From Lama glama (Eukaryota): a stretch of 64,000 nt of DNA. This document shows positions 26,180 through 38,910 of this stretch, in pieces; positions within the stretch are counted from its first letter, which is position 1, and the number at the start of each line of letters is the position of its first letter. The notes under the pieces were generated by a model. The model was given only the letters and a program-made list of their open reading frames with translations, was not told where the DNA came from and did not search any database. The stretch lies in the NCBI GenBank assembly GCA_028534125.1, contig CM052817.1:64420001-64484000 (forward strand), read 5' to 3'. The position numbers and the translations under genes are program-made.

Positions 26180-27170
26180 TCACGTGTGCGCACGTGCACT
26201 TGCAGTCCCTAATTGTTGTGAAGGGACGTTGTTGCTGATTTTGAAACCACAACTTGCAGGAGGGAAATAAGGAAGCCCAGGGTGAGGAAAGCAGTCTGTG
26301 GACTGAACGGCCGCACTCCTGACTGCTGTCCCTGGAGCGTCCCCTACGCCTTCAGATAGCCTTCGCTGAGGCTGCTCAGCCAGGCCGCCGGCGTTTAGCA
26401 TCCTGCTCCCGGAGCCCCTGCGGAGTCACTCTCCCCTCCTCGCAAGCTCCTCCTCCTGAGAATTCCTGCTCAGCTCCTGTCCTGAACGGTGTGTTCAAGC
26501 CCAGAAGCCTAACGAGGCCGACGCTGCTAACGCTCAACTACCCGTGGTTATGGGTCTCAGGAGCGGGTCGGGGTCTTGATGCTGAACCACGAACTAGATT
26601 CCGGCCCTGAGATTCACCCTTCTTCTCCAGATCAACGAACAAGGGACAGAGTTAGTCAGGACGTGCTGCCTTGCTCACCACTGCACACTCCTGAAGAAGG
26701 CATCGATGACTGTCCCTTTTGGATAAAAATGAGAACGGGAATAAGGAGGAAGAAAGGGGCCAACGCCTGAACAGCAAATCTCCGGAGCGTCGAGGACTGA
26801 ATGTGATCTCACTTGGTACTTTAGACTCCACCTCCGGGCTCAGCGTCCCGGCAGGAATGTTTTATACACAGGTGACCTTCCTTCCAAGTCTGACCGATAT
26901 TCCTAAGGCTAGAGTGTGCTGAAGCATAGGAAGAGACTGGGGGTTCATTCCTGCTGCCTTCTCAGACCTCACAGAGCTGAGTGTGCCTGCGCTAAGAGGA
27001 GCCTCCGCATCTCCCCACCCTCCTCCGCAGAGTCGGGGTGGGGCACGCAGCAAAGAGGGAGGGGTCTGTGAGCGGTGCGTGAGCATGCGTGTGCCCCCCC
27101 ACACACGCACACAATATACACACATACGCAAATACACGCACATGTACACACACAAAGAGGAAGTGGCTCT
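26180..27170. promoter_or_regulatory. CpG-enriched non-repeat segment (weak CpG island / candidate enhancer-promoter)
   Basis: About 20+ CpGs in 26300-26660 counted by eye; tandem CACGTG at 26181 and 26191; AAAGAGGAAGTG at 27154-27165. Confidence 0.5.
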
Positions 27171-28429
27171 CCATAGGCCAGGAGACAAGCTGCCAGAAGC
27201 CAAGATGAGACTTATGCAGCAATGCATAAGCTCTCTCTAAGGTGAACCACAGAGCTCATAGCCTCTAATTTCAGGAAGTAAGGGTGGGGCTTCTGAGAAC
27301 CTTTGATTCTTAGCTTGAAGACCATGCATGGCTGAAGCACACACCCTGTTCACTTACATTAAACTGCAGCCTAGGCCTATGGAGAACAGAGCAAGTGATT
27401 TTTAAATGCTTACAAAAAGAGAAAATATGTGAAAGTCGTCCTCAGCGTTCATTCACCTATGAAGCTATTAAAATATCACATCCCAGCGTCTCCAGAGTAT
27501 CATTTTTCCATCAGATTTCACAGCACCTTATGGCCTCTCCATTTACTCCATGAGATATTAAGGAATTCACAAAACAGATTTACAATTAATTTTATTTCAA
27601 ATGGATATACAGCAGATCACATTTGGTGAGTCAGAGGGAAGAAATCTGAAATAAAATAAAAATCAAATGTTGTGAACTAAAAAATAGTGAAACTCATGGC
27701 TCTCTAGACAAAACTGGCACGTGAAATGGATATAGAGCAGAACAGTGCATCACTGTCCTTCTTGAACGTCAGAGACGTTTATAATTCTCCATTTCGGGTT
27801 TTAACCTTGATTCATACTGAATTTCAAAAGCACAGTCTCAGTCCACAATCCAGTTGGGTTCAACCTGTCCTGTGTGCTTGGGACTGAGCTAGGCACTGGT
27901 GATACAGAGAATAACAACACATATCTGCCCAGGGAAGAGTTGAGAAGATGACATTCTTGCTATTTTGCTAATAAAAAGAAGTAACGCACCAAGTCAGTGC
28001 AGCAAACATTTTGGAGAGCTGACTGCAAGGTTATTGTTCGAGCCCCAATAACTCCCCACATAATGCCAGGCCACAAGTGACTTTCTAAAGCCACATTACG
28101 TATTGACTTTGTAACACAAAATGTGCATCTGGGCACAGCAGATTTACTTCCCTAATTATGTTTTGCTGGTGCTGATATTAAAATTAGCCTGTATTCCCTG
28201 ATCACCTTCAGAGGAAGGAGTGTTTTCAGAAGCATGCTAGGCAACAAGATAAAAAAGGATTGAAGACGCCCCAACCAAGCCACATGGCTCCTCTGTCCCA
28301 TCCTCTGTTCCTCCCTCTCCATACATTTTTCCTTTCTTTCTTTCTGAGAAATTATATGTGACTCCTCAGGAATATGAAAACTATTGTAATCTCCATACAA
28401 TAATGGGAGAAAAAAGAAGACACTTCTAA

Positions 28430-28645
28430 ATTTATTGAGTCCCTAAGGGCTAGATATTGTACTAAGTGTGCTACATAATAATCTCTTTTAATCCTGCCTA
28501 GAGCCCTGTGAAGAAGGCATTGTTATCATCAGTTTAGAGATGAGGAAACTGAAGCACAGAAGTATTTAAGTAACTGATAAAAGATTGAACCAGAATTTGA
28601 ATATGGTCCACCAACTTTAAGATCTATTCCTTTCCACTACCCTGT
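28430..28645 (-). mobile_element. MIR
   Basis: tttagagatgaggaaactgaagcacagaag core. Confidence 0.75.
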
Positions 28646-28679
28646 ATACTCTAAGCTTTAATATCCCAATTTACCAACA

Positions 28680-29400
28680 GCTCAATAAAGAAATAGGCAA
28701 AGAAGACCAACAGTTTGCAGAGAAGGCTCTTAAACGCATTTTTTAAGATGTTCAATTATACTCATAATAAGAGAAATACAAAGTAAAACTTTACCCATCA
28801 AAATAGCAGAGCTGATGAACACCTGGTATTACACTGTGCGGTGGAGGTGGGGGAAACAGGCTTGCTCAAACATACACTGCTGGCAAGAGTAAAAACTGAT
28901 GTAACAGCTCTGGAGGGCACTTTGGCAATTCCAATCAGAATTACTCTTCATGACTTCATCCTTCAGGTCAACTTGAATTTGTGAGAAACGATATATTCAC
29001 AAGATTATTCACTGCAACACTGACTACAATCGCAACTGATGGAAACAACTTGATGTTCAGTAATGGGAGACATAAATTATGTTCATCTATAAAAAGAATC
29101 ATATACAACCACAAAAAAATGAGGATTATTGTGGATATAATTTGCTAAGTGATAAAAAGAAGATACAGAACAGCAAGTGCTCTGTGCTTCAATTTGTGTG
29201 AAGGGGAAAATACACACAAGTCTTTGTATATAACTAGACTATTAAGACATTAGTAGCACTGATTGCCTCCAAATAGGCATGGGGGTGGGGGCAGGGAGGA
29301 CAGGAGAATTATTGCTGTTCACCCTTTGTGTCATTTGAATTTTGAACCATATTAATGCATAACCTATTTCTTTAAAGTGAAACTTATTTTTTAAAGTATT
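28680..29400 (+). mobile_element. L1ME-like 3' remnant
   Basis: gttcaattatactcataataagagaaatacaaagtaaaac and ctctggagggcactttggcaat. Confidence 0.65.
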
Positions 29401-29783
29401 TTTTAAGTAAAAAGTTAAAAAGTGTACCAATTAATTGCCTTTAAGAAAATGATATTTCACTACTGAATAATAAAAGGAGGGCAATGACACTTCACTGGGT
29501 TGAATCTGAAAGTTGTACAAATTGATACAAAACCACCACCAGCTCGAGTTCTCTTTGGCCATTCATGTCTTTGGAACTACTTCTTCCTTAAATTGTTGTT
29601 TAAAGCTATGACTTGAACTCTTTAGTGTTCTTCCTTCTCTTTGTTACAATAATATTATAACAATGATGAGAACAATTTATGGAAGGGTTGCTATTTGTTA
29701 AACTCTGGAGCTGAGAGCTGTGGTTATATTGTCTCATTTATTTTTCCTGATAACCTTATGCTGTGGGGCCATCAACCCCATTT

Positions 29784-29831
29784 TTTAAATTGAACTATAG
29801 TTGATTTATAATATTATGTTCGTTCAGGGGT
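29784..29831 (-). mobile_element. ~50-bp L1 terminal fragment inside a MIR
   Basis: ttgaactatagttgatttataatatt. TSD tcaa(c/t)cccattt (29772-29783 / 29832-29843). Confidence 0.7.
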
Positions 29832-30032
29832 TCAATCCCATTTGAAAAGTGAGAAAGCAGAGACTCAGACAAATTAGTATTTTTATTGTAATTGATTTTT
29901 AGATACTATGAAGCAACTGTTTTCTAATGTATATGGTTTTGAGAGGAAAGAGAAATTTAAAAAAAGAAAAGACCTTTGAAAGTCCACCATGCCACAAAGA
30001 AAATAAAGATGCTGACACAAACCTTATTCCAC

Positions 30033-31143
30033 TAATGAGACCTAATTAAACTTACAAGATTTTGCACAGCAAAAGAAACCATAAGCAAAACAAAACGACA
30101 ACTTAGGGAATGGAGAAAATATTTGCAAAAGATGAAACTGACATGGGCTTAATTTCAAGAATATATAAACAGCTCATACAACTCAGTAATAAAAGACAAA
30201 CTACCTAATCCAAAATTGGGCAGAAGACCTAAACAAGCAATTCTCCAATGAAGACATACAAATGGCCAATAGGCACACGAAAAAAATGCTCAATATCACT
30301 AGTTACTAGAGAAATGCAAATCAAAAACTACAACGAGGTATCACCTCACACCAGTCAGAATGGCCATCATTCAAAAATCCACAAACAATATATGCTAGAG
30401 AGGGTGTAGAGAAAAGAGGACCCTCCTACACTGTTTGTGAGAATGTTTGGTGCAGTCATCAGGGAAAACAGTATGGAAATTCCAAAGACTAAAAATAGAC
30501 TTACTGTATGATCCAGCAATCCCACTCCTGGGCATATATCCAGAGGGAACTTTAATTCAAAAAGACACATGCACTCCAATGTTCATAGCAGCACTATTTA
30601 CAATAGCCAAGACATGGAAACAACCTAAATGTCCATCAACAGATTACTGGATAAAGAAGTTGTGGTAAATTTATACAATGGACTACTACTCAGCCATTAA
30701 AAATAATGCCATTTGCAGTAACATGGATGGAACTGGAGATTGTCATTCTAAGTGAAGTAAGCCAGAAAGAGAAAGAAAAATACCATATGATATCATTCAT
30801 ATGTGGAATCTAAAAAAAAAAAGACAAATGAACTTATTTACAAAATAGAAACAGACTCACGGACATAGAAAACAAACTTATGGTTCACAGGCAGGAAACA
30901 GTGTGGGAAGGGATAAATTAGGAGTTCGAGATTTGCAGATACTATTATATTTAAAAGAGACAAACAAGTTCATACTGTATAGCACAGGAAACTATATTCA
31001 ATGTCTTATAGTAACCTATAATGAAAAAGAATAGGAAAATGAATATATGTGTGTATATGTATGACTGAAACATTATGCTGTACACCAGAAATTGACACAA
31101 CATTGTAAACTGACTATACTTCAGTTAAAAAAAGAAGAAACCC
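30033..31143 (+). mobile_element. L1, 5'-truncated (~1.1 kb: ORF2 C-terminus plus 3' UTR)
   Basis: ORF 30447-30668 reads [12 protein letters not shown]...CTPMFIAALFTIAKTWKQPKCPS (L1 ORF2 C-terminus). TSD-like cttattccac on both sides. Confidence 0.95.
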
Positions 31144-32029
31144 CAAACTTATTCCACAAAGTATATTCTATTTACTCCAGAGATACCACTCTTACATTCA
31201 AGTGTTCCTCAGAAAAAACAGTCCATGAGTTATATGAGAGATTCTAATAATTTAAAAGATGAAAACTTCCATAAAACTACAGCAGCCAGAGGCTCCTCTC
31301 CCCGTTCCTGTCAGTTTCTCAGCTGCGATGTGTACGAAGCAAATGCTCTTTGGATGCAAAGAGAACCAACTTTTTTTTTCACCACTCAATGATAAAAATC
31401 ACAAAGTCCATCCCTTTACCAGCCCTTGCATTGGCCTCAAGCATCTTCTCACAAGTTATAGAGTCCAGGATGAAAGCGTGACATGTTCAAAGGTATATCG
31501 GAAACTCTCCACTAAAATATACTTGATATTTTATTATTGAAGTAAAGACAGCAAAATAAACCATGCAGCCTTGGGCTTTTCCCCCATCGCTCTGTAGGAG
31601 GCCTGAACTGAAGTTATGGTGCTTGCAAACAACACTTAGAAAACTGACCTTTGATTCTCCGTTGCCTCAGTTGATATCTTAATCAGCCCGTGTTCCCCGA
31701 CCTCCTCTCTCTCAGCCATGAAGTGCATCATACCTCACTAAGGGGCTCCCAAGAGAAGGGGCACTGTGTTTTCATTCAAAAAGGAGGGACCTTGAAAACA
31801 GTTTTCCCATAAAGTCGTGAGTTTTCAGTGCCCTATGAGGATGGCGTCTGAACTCAGACTTCTTGATAATACCTCCTTGTTGATAGTGGTGAACTGGAGT
31901 GACTGAGCTGCTCCTCCAAGGGCAGCGATGGCATGTGGACACAGAAAAAGGGCATCATGAAAATCACTGTCTTTTACTTTGGGTTTTGGTGGATATGGAC
32001 TTTGTTTATCACTTCCACAGATTCAATCC

Positions 32030-32595
32030 AGTGGGCCATATTGTAACTGTCACCCATTTATGGCAAGGTATTGTCCTGGGCACCGAGGACACAGGCAAAT
32101 ACAAAACCAAGTCCTGCCCCTGGGAGTTTAATATGCTACTGGAGGATACAGGAAATATACAGGTAATTTCATATAATATGCCAGGTAAGTGACATATGAC
32201 ATGGAAAAAAATCAAACCAAGTAAGAGAGTAGAAACCAACAAGCAGTATATTCTCACTAGAGTGGCCAGGGATGGCGTCTGAGAGGGGGCCACTTCCGAA
32301 GAGATCTGAATGAAGACTGCAGTTATCCAGGGGGAGGGGCCAGCACAGAGGGAACAGCAAGTTCAAGGCCCTGAGATGGAAGTCAGTTTGACAGAAATAG
32401 TGGAGGCTTGTGCAAGAACGGAAGGAAGTAAAGGGGAGAGTGGAAGAAAAGGGGGTCAGAAAAATAGCAGAGATTCCTGAAGGGCCTCCTGGGTCATGAT
32501 AAGGACTGTGGACACGGGGAAGCCACTGAAAGGCTTTGAGCAGATGAGTTACATGATCTGATCTACATTTTAAAATGACATTTTTTGTGGCCAAA
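32030..32595 (-). mobile_element. L2 remnant
   Basis: cagagggaacagcaagttcaaggccctgag...ggaagccactgaaaggctttgagcag...atgatctgatctacattttaaaatga. Confidence 0.8.
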
Positions 32596-32815
32596 ATACC
32601 AAAATACTATTGTATTTATAGATTAAAAACTGTGTGTAAAGTCTTTACTATGTCTCCTACTCTTCAAGATAATATTCAGAAAAAGATAAATACTGTATGA
32701 TATCACTTATATGTGGAATTTTAAAAATATAACTAGTGAATGTAACAACAACAACAAAATGATGTGGCCAAATATTTGGACTCACTCTGGACTTCGACAT
32801 TTCAATGTTCTTGGG

Positions 32816-32962
32816 CTTTTTTAAAAATTTATTTTTATTTTATATCTTTCATAGGGGGGAGGGTTTACTTTTATTTATTTTTAGAGGAGGTACTGGGGAT
32901 TGAACCTAGGACCTTGCGTATACTAAGCATGCACTGTACTACTTGAGCTATAGCCTCCCCCC
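32816..32962 (-). mobile_element. vic-1-like SINE
   Basis: ggaggtactggggattgaacctaggacc...ctaagcatgc...cttgagctatagcctcccc. Confidence 0.9.
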
Positions 32963-33259
32963 TTTTGATTTTTAATTTAACTCTTTACACAGTCATGTTG
33001 AGAGTAAAAAATAATCATTTCTGTTCATCTTCCTTTTCAAGTGCTTCTGGATAAGGGATTCAAAAAACTAAAACTGTTTTTGTTTATAATATAAAATATG
33101 GAATTGATCTTTCCAGGGTCAGAGAGGATTAATGTTTTTGCTATATACTTTTATACATTATTTCCTTTCTTTTTTTTAAAGTGACTTCCATAAGTAAGCC
33201 TTTGTGCTAAGATATAGATACTCTCTTCCCATCTCCCTACCCTTGCCTGAATCTAAGGT

Positions 33260-33688
33260 TTTTATTTATTTTATTATTTACTTTATTTTATTTTTTATTG
33301 AAGTGTAGTTGAGTTACAATGTTAGTTTCAGATGTACAGCAAAGCAATTCAATTATACATATACATACTTTTCCATCATATGTTATTATAAGAAACTGAA
33401 TATAGTTCCCTGTGCTATACAGTAGGGCCTTGTTTATCTATTTTACATATAGTAGTTAGTATCTGCAAATTCCGAACTCCCAATTTACCTCTCCCCACCC
33501 CCTGTACCCGCTAGTAGCCATAAGTTTGTTTTCTATGTCTGTAAGTCTATCTCTGTTTTGTAAATAAGTTCATTTGTGTCTTTTTTTTTAGATTCCACAT
33601 ATAAGTGATACCATATGGTATTTTTCTTTCTCTTTCTGACTTACTTCACTTAGAATGATGATCTCCAGGTCCATCCATGTTGCTGCAC
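33260..33688 (-). mobile_element. L1 3' end
   Basis: attgaagtgtagttgagttacaatgtt...gaatatagttccctgtgctatacagtagg...ccatccatgttgctgca. Confidence 0.9.
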
Positions 33689-33699
33689 ATTACTGTGGT

Positions 33700-33888
33700 C
33701 CTATCTTGAGGTAACTGCAGCCCTGACCAACAGCTGTGCTGTAACTTTACAGGAGACTTTGAGCCAGAGGCATCCAGAGAAGCTCTCAGTTTCATGACTC
33801 TCAACAACTGGGTAACAATGTATATTTGCTGTTTTTAAGTCATTATGTTTTGGGACAATTTGTTACACGGCAACAGATAACTTATACA
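33700..33888 (+). mobile_element. MLT1 LTR 3' fragment
   Basis: ctgcagccctgaccaaca...tttgttacacggcaacagataacttataca. Confidence 0.7.
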
Positions 33889-34519
33889 GGAGAATTAAGA
33901 GTAGAAGCAGAAAGACCAGTGGCTATAGTCAAGAGATAGTGACTTAGAGTAGGGTAGTAGTGGTCGAAGTGGGTCTGGGCAGGACAGACAAAGGAGATGA
34001 GAAAAGCAACAACATGCTCTCTGCAGCCTGGAGAGGGAAAGTGGAAAACCATGGCCCCAATTTCCCCTCAGTGGAGAAAAAACCATCCAGTCCCACGGTG
34101 GAGAAGCATGTTGGCAGTAACAAAGAGAATAGCTCTGGAAGGATTTTGGCTCCTACAGAAAGGTGTGAAGACAGGAAGTCCGAGGAAATGGCCTGACCTG
34201 AGCCTAGTCTAACACTCGGTGGAAGGATTGAGAAGCTGACTCCAGGAGCTGGGAGAGTGAAAGTGACAGCTTCTGGCATCAGCCTGAATTTACAGAGCAA
34301 AAGACAATGGTGACAAGAGCACTGCTGCTGGGTTGAAGTAATCAGAGAAACACACCTGAATAATAGGTCGGCTATAATTAAAAATTACTAAAAAGTCATA
34401 TTCTCAAGTGCTCCTCTATCAGGAAGGGTCAGCAGGTAATTGTAAATACATAAACTCACTGGTGCTGCACCCTAGACACAGAGGCAGGCTGTTGCCGGAC
34501 ATGCAGGCATTGGCCCTGG

Positions 34520-34770
34520 ACGCAGTCAGCCTAGTGGTTAGGACCATCAAGTTTGATGTCAGAAAGGTTGGGGGGGGAGTTCCAGCTCCTCTATTGCTAA
34601 CTGTGTGACCTCAGCAAACTGACTTAAATTTCTAGAAGCTTCAGCTTCCTTGGCTGCAAAATAAGGATAATAAAGGCACTCACTCTGGTACATTTAGTAG
34701 AACACTGATGATTGGAAGGATTTGATAAGATAGAGTATGTATTTTCCTTAGCCAGTTCTGGCACTTAGTA
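34520..34770 (+). mobile_element. MIR
   Basis: actgtgtgacctcagcaaactgacttaa...cttcagcttcctt...aaaataaggataata. Confidence 0.65.
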
Positions 34771-36315
34771 ATTTCCCAGTAAATAACCTGCTGCGATGTG
34801 AACTGTCACCTGCTGCTGTGGTTCTAAGTCCCTGGAGAAACACACAGGGTGACTGAAGGAGGAGGCAGCGCCCTTGATCTTAAAGCAGAACTGCATTGCT
34901 GTGGCTGAGATTAAAACAGGAAGGTACACACATTGTTGTACTGCTATTCTTCTAGGAAAAGCTGTGATCAAAAGCCCACTTTCCCCCATCAGTGAGCACA
35001 GCTGCTGGTCCCCTCTGCCCTCTTCTCACTCTCTGTAAGGGAGCTTTTAGAATGCCTTAAAGGTAAGTCCTGCTGCTGAGATGAAGGAGGCCCATATGGG
35101 GACAGGGCAGATTCATGGAGAAAAGATATTCCATGAAGTGTCACTCCTTTCAAGCCATCCTATGCACAGTGTCACCACATCTGCCTCTGACTTTCACTGG
35201 CTGCTTTATGACCCCCTGATGTACAAAGAGACAACCTAGTGAATAATCAAGTCAGGTGGGTCACTGGAGGACAGAGGGCCCACCAAGGTACCCATAAGTG
35301 CAGGCTAAGCTCAAGGTCTATATGTCATGTCATAGCTGTGAGAGACACTCCTGCCCGGATGACACACCCTTACGCCTGGGCATCAGGACCTGTTACGTGA
35401 CATCAAAGGCAAGACAGACTCAGCAGCAGCTATGTTCAGACACAAAAATCATCGCAACATAAAGCCACCAACACCAAGTCTGCTGGAAAGAGTGGTCACT
35501 GTCACAGATGACAACACCCCAAGCTGAGACCACCATGAATTCCAAGAACAATGTTACTAACAAACCAAACCAACATACGCAAGTATACATAACGACACAT
35601 CAAATGTGATCATCCAAAACTGAATACGAACGTTTATAACTGGAAAGAACAAAATGTTTGTTTTCTGTGCACATCTAATCTCAAAGTCCACTGTTTAGTT
35701 CAAGATATCCTCTTGAATCCAAGAAAATGTCATCAGCTTGGTTTCCTGTCCTAAAAGGAAACACCTCAGAAATCCAGGTGTACTTGTAAATCTAGCTGAT
35801 TTTCAGTTAGGCCTATAATTAAGCCATAACCTCCTGCTAACACCCACAAACAATTCAAATTTGGACATGAAAGTATCAAAAGTTATACAATTTGCAAATT
35901 TTCTTAATATTCTTCTCCACTGTGGATCTTGGCCAGCATTCTGCCACTTCTAATCTATAGCATCAGTTTGACAGTTAAACCAAACAAGAACTAATGTTTG
36001 TGACAGGGGGAGATAATCAACACATCCATTCATTAGCATCCTGCTCACACATTCATTGTCAATTACAAATATTTGCTTGGGCTAAACTCTGCCACCGTCA
36101 TTGCAGTCATTACTGCCTGTAAGTATGTGATATATTTGAAGAGTCAAGCTTCTGGCATTTTGCAGCTGGGACTCAATAATCAAAATGTTCATAAACTAAC
36201 ACTTGGGTCCCAGCAGAGTCTCTTGCTCAAGATAACAAATGATTATCCTAGCGAATGGAACTGCAAGTCAAACTCTGATTCATGAGTTTCACAATCATGT
36301 TTGTGGGCTGTATCC

Positions 36316-36672
36316 TGTCGGCAGCCTTAAGTGAGTAGGCCGTGGGGCCAAGGCCAAAGTTCACAATAGCTTGCACCTGGTAAGAGGTAAATGTATGCAT
36401 GCGCCAGTTATGTAACGGTATGAACAAAGACATGAACACTGCACACGTGCGGGCAAAATAGATAACAGCAGGACAAGTGCGCCGCCCGGGAGGCGCCATC
36501 TTGTTGAACTAGAAGAACGTGCTGCGCTCCGCTGCCGCCACTACGGCCACCGCGTGCGCCACCCGCTGGTACTGCAATAAAGTGCTGTTTTGCTCCATGT
36601 CGGCTCCTCGCGCAGTTTTCCAGTTGGGCAGCTCACCTCCTCAGATCCCTCTTCAGCCCCCCTCGGCTAACA
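36316..36672 (+). mobile_element. CpG-rich ERV solo LTR, family not recognised
   Basis: TGT...ACA termini; aataaa at 36576-36581 followed by a U5-like tract; flanks tatcc / taccc; about 23 CpGs in 357 bp. Confidence 0.8.
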
Positions 36673-37217
36673 TACCCATTAGCTTTTGTTGAAAGCTTTT
36701 CCACTAGCTTTTTGGGGACATTTTTAGGGGACACTCAAGTATGCAGGTGGACTTATACATGGGAAGATGCTGCAGGATTTCAGGGGGAACTCCAGATCCT
36801 ACTACAAGCAACGGAAGCATTGGTGCCCCAGCCAGATACCATTTAGGGGCAGGTGCACCCGTCCCTCAGCTGCTTTGTGAGTGAAGGTGGTTAACGACTC
36901 ACAGCTGCCCCCTTCTCCGGAGACCTGCTCTCCGCCACTCCGAAGCCATCTTGACCTGGAAGCCTGTCCTCCCCACTCCTCCCCAGACCTCAGCTAAGGA
37001 CTTACCGACATGGAGTACAAAGAGCAAGTCGCTTCTCAAGGGAAGGACAGCCAGCTGTGGGGTGCGGTTCATGGAGCTTCCCCTGGGGGTCCAGCTGAAG
37101 CTAGTCTCCCACAGAGACCACATTCCTGCTGAGTCTTCCTCCTCTGACCTGTCCTGTTTCTCTTACTCATCTTCTCCTGAGAAGACGCTGAAAAAAATCA
37201 CCTGAGGAAGAACGCGC

Positions 37218-37307
37218 GGGGTGGGGGTGGGGGGTAGTAGCTCACTGATAGAGCGCATGCTCAGCACGCAGGACGTCCTGGGTTCTGTCGCCAGTACCTC
37301 CACTAAG
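37218..37307 (+). mobile_element. vic-1-like SINE head
   Basis: tagctcactgatagagcgcatgctcagcacgcaggacgtcctgggttc...ccagtacctcca. Confidence 0.85.
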
Positions 37308-37519
37308 GGAAGGAAGGAAGGAAGGAAGGAAGGAAGGAAGGAAGGAAGGAAGGAAGGAAGGAAGGAAGGAAGGAAGGAAGGAAGGAAGGAAGGAAGGAAG
37401 GAAGGAAGGAGGGAAGGAAGGAAGGAGGGAAGGAAGGAAGGAAGGAGGGAAGGAAGGAAGGAAGGAAGGAAGGAAGGAAGGAAGGAAGGAAGGAAGGAAG
37501 GAAGGAAGGAAGGAAGGAA
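37308..37519 (+). repeat. (GGAA)n microsatellite, ~53 units with a few GGAG variants
   Basis: Read directly from the sequence. Confidence 0.98.
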
Positions 37520-38519
37520 AAAGAAAGAGAACCCTAGCTCAGCATCTGCTCCCAGGGAGCCCGACACCGGGACCTTCTCCTTGCCCAGGATGGGACCGTG
37601 CTTCTTTTGGGGCTGCCCATGAGCCCTAAGTCCCACTCGAGCTGGTTGCTGTTTCCCAAATACTTGAACCAGGTGAATCTTTTTGCTGGTGGTAATCTAC
37701 ATGCCTTCCCAAGGGGAAACGCCTAGCCCAAGGACCGCGTCCCAATCACCCGAGCACCTGGCACGCTTCTGGCAGAATTCCTCATCGCAGCCCAGGCTGA
37801 CAAAATCCTTCTCAGCCTTTCCTAGAAATCAGCTAGAAAAGGACCCCAAACCCAACAGAAAACTAGGCAAGGGTACGAATAAAAGCAGCCCACTGACATG
37901 TAAACAGAGGCACGACAACGTAAGAGGTGCTCATCCTCACTCATAATAAGTGAAATCTGAATTGAAACGACACTGAGATACCTTTTTCAATCATTAGATT
38001 GGGAAAAATCTGAAATACAATTTTTTATTCTATCCATTATTCCCGTCCAGTGAGAATGGGTTCTTTCTTCATCTGTTACAAATGAATTGTTAGTCTAAGA
38101 AATGCCCCATGGGATTCCACTGCTGGGACATGCATCTGATAAAGCTCTACAAAACCCTTTAGGGTCGTGGTGAAAGGTGAGTGCAAACCTTAACTATTAA
38201 CCTGAACAGCTACCACCTCGGGAATGTCACATGTTACCTTCTGCTCCTTCTCCAGGTCTGACAGAAGGTGCTGCTTTCCGTGTTCCCTCTGTTTATCCTA
38301 CACAGCGAGAGTCCTTACAGCTGTTTTTATCTATTTCTCACTTTCACCTGAAATCTTTTTTAGTTCAAGACCACAAAGTGTCTGGATAGCATAAGGACCG
38401 TACCCTTCAGTTTGTTACATTTTTGATACCCATCTTACTGCAAAGTGGGGTTAAATGGAGTGCATGCTTTCCTCTATTATATCACACCTGCTAGTTAAGT
38501 GTATAGACGCACAGATCTA

Positions 38520-38910
38520 TGTGGTTTATTGCAATTTTTTTTCAAATATTCGCTTCCTCTCTCTGTAGAAGGATTGTACCTCTTTGCCCCAATAATGTCA
38601 AGTTTGGTCTTGTAACTTGCATTGGTCAGTGAAATGTGAGCAGAAGTGACAGAGGCTACTTCCAATCAGAGACTTTAAGAGTTACCACGTGGTCTCAGCC
38701 GTCTTGTTATTTCCTCTACTGCAAGACCATCCCCAGATTAGCACTTCTCAGAGATGGTTTGTTCCTTTAGCCTGGCCCTGGAATAAAGACAACATAGAGC
38801 AGAGACATGAAGGAAATAAAATATGAGTGAGAAATAATGCTTTGTGGTCTTAAGGCCCCGAGGTTTGGGAGTTGTTTGTTACTGCTGTACAACCCAGCCC
38901 AGCTGACTGC
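38520..38910 (+). mobile_element. MLT1I/J-like solo LTR
   Basis: acttgcattggtcagtgaaatgtgagcagaagtgac...atgagtgagaaataatgctttgtggtcttaagg...tttgttactgc. Confidence 0.75.

Noticed and set aside
35030..35070. AAG|GTAAGT donor after a pyrimidine tract (possible 23-nt micro-exon)
   Set aside because: A few consensus donors are expected by chance and no partner exons are supported.
37163..37636. ORFs of 157 aa (PSFL repeats) and 133 aa (GRKE repeats)
   Set aside because: They are translations of the GGAA microsatellite.
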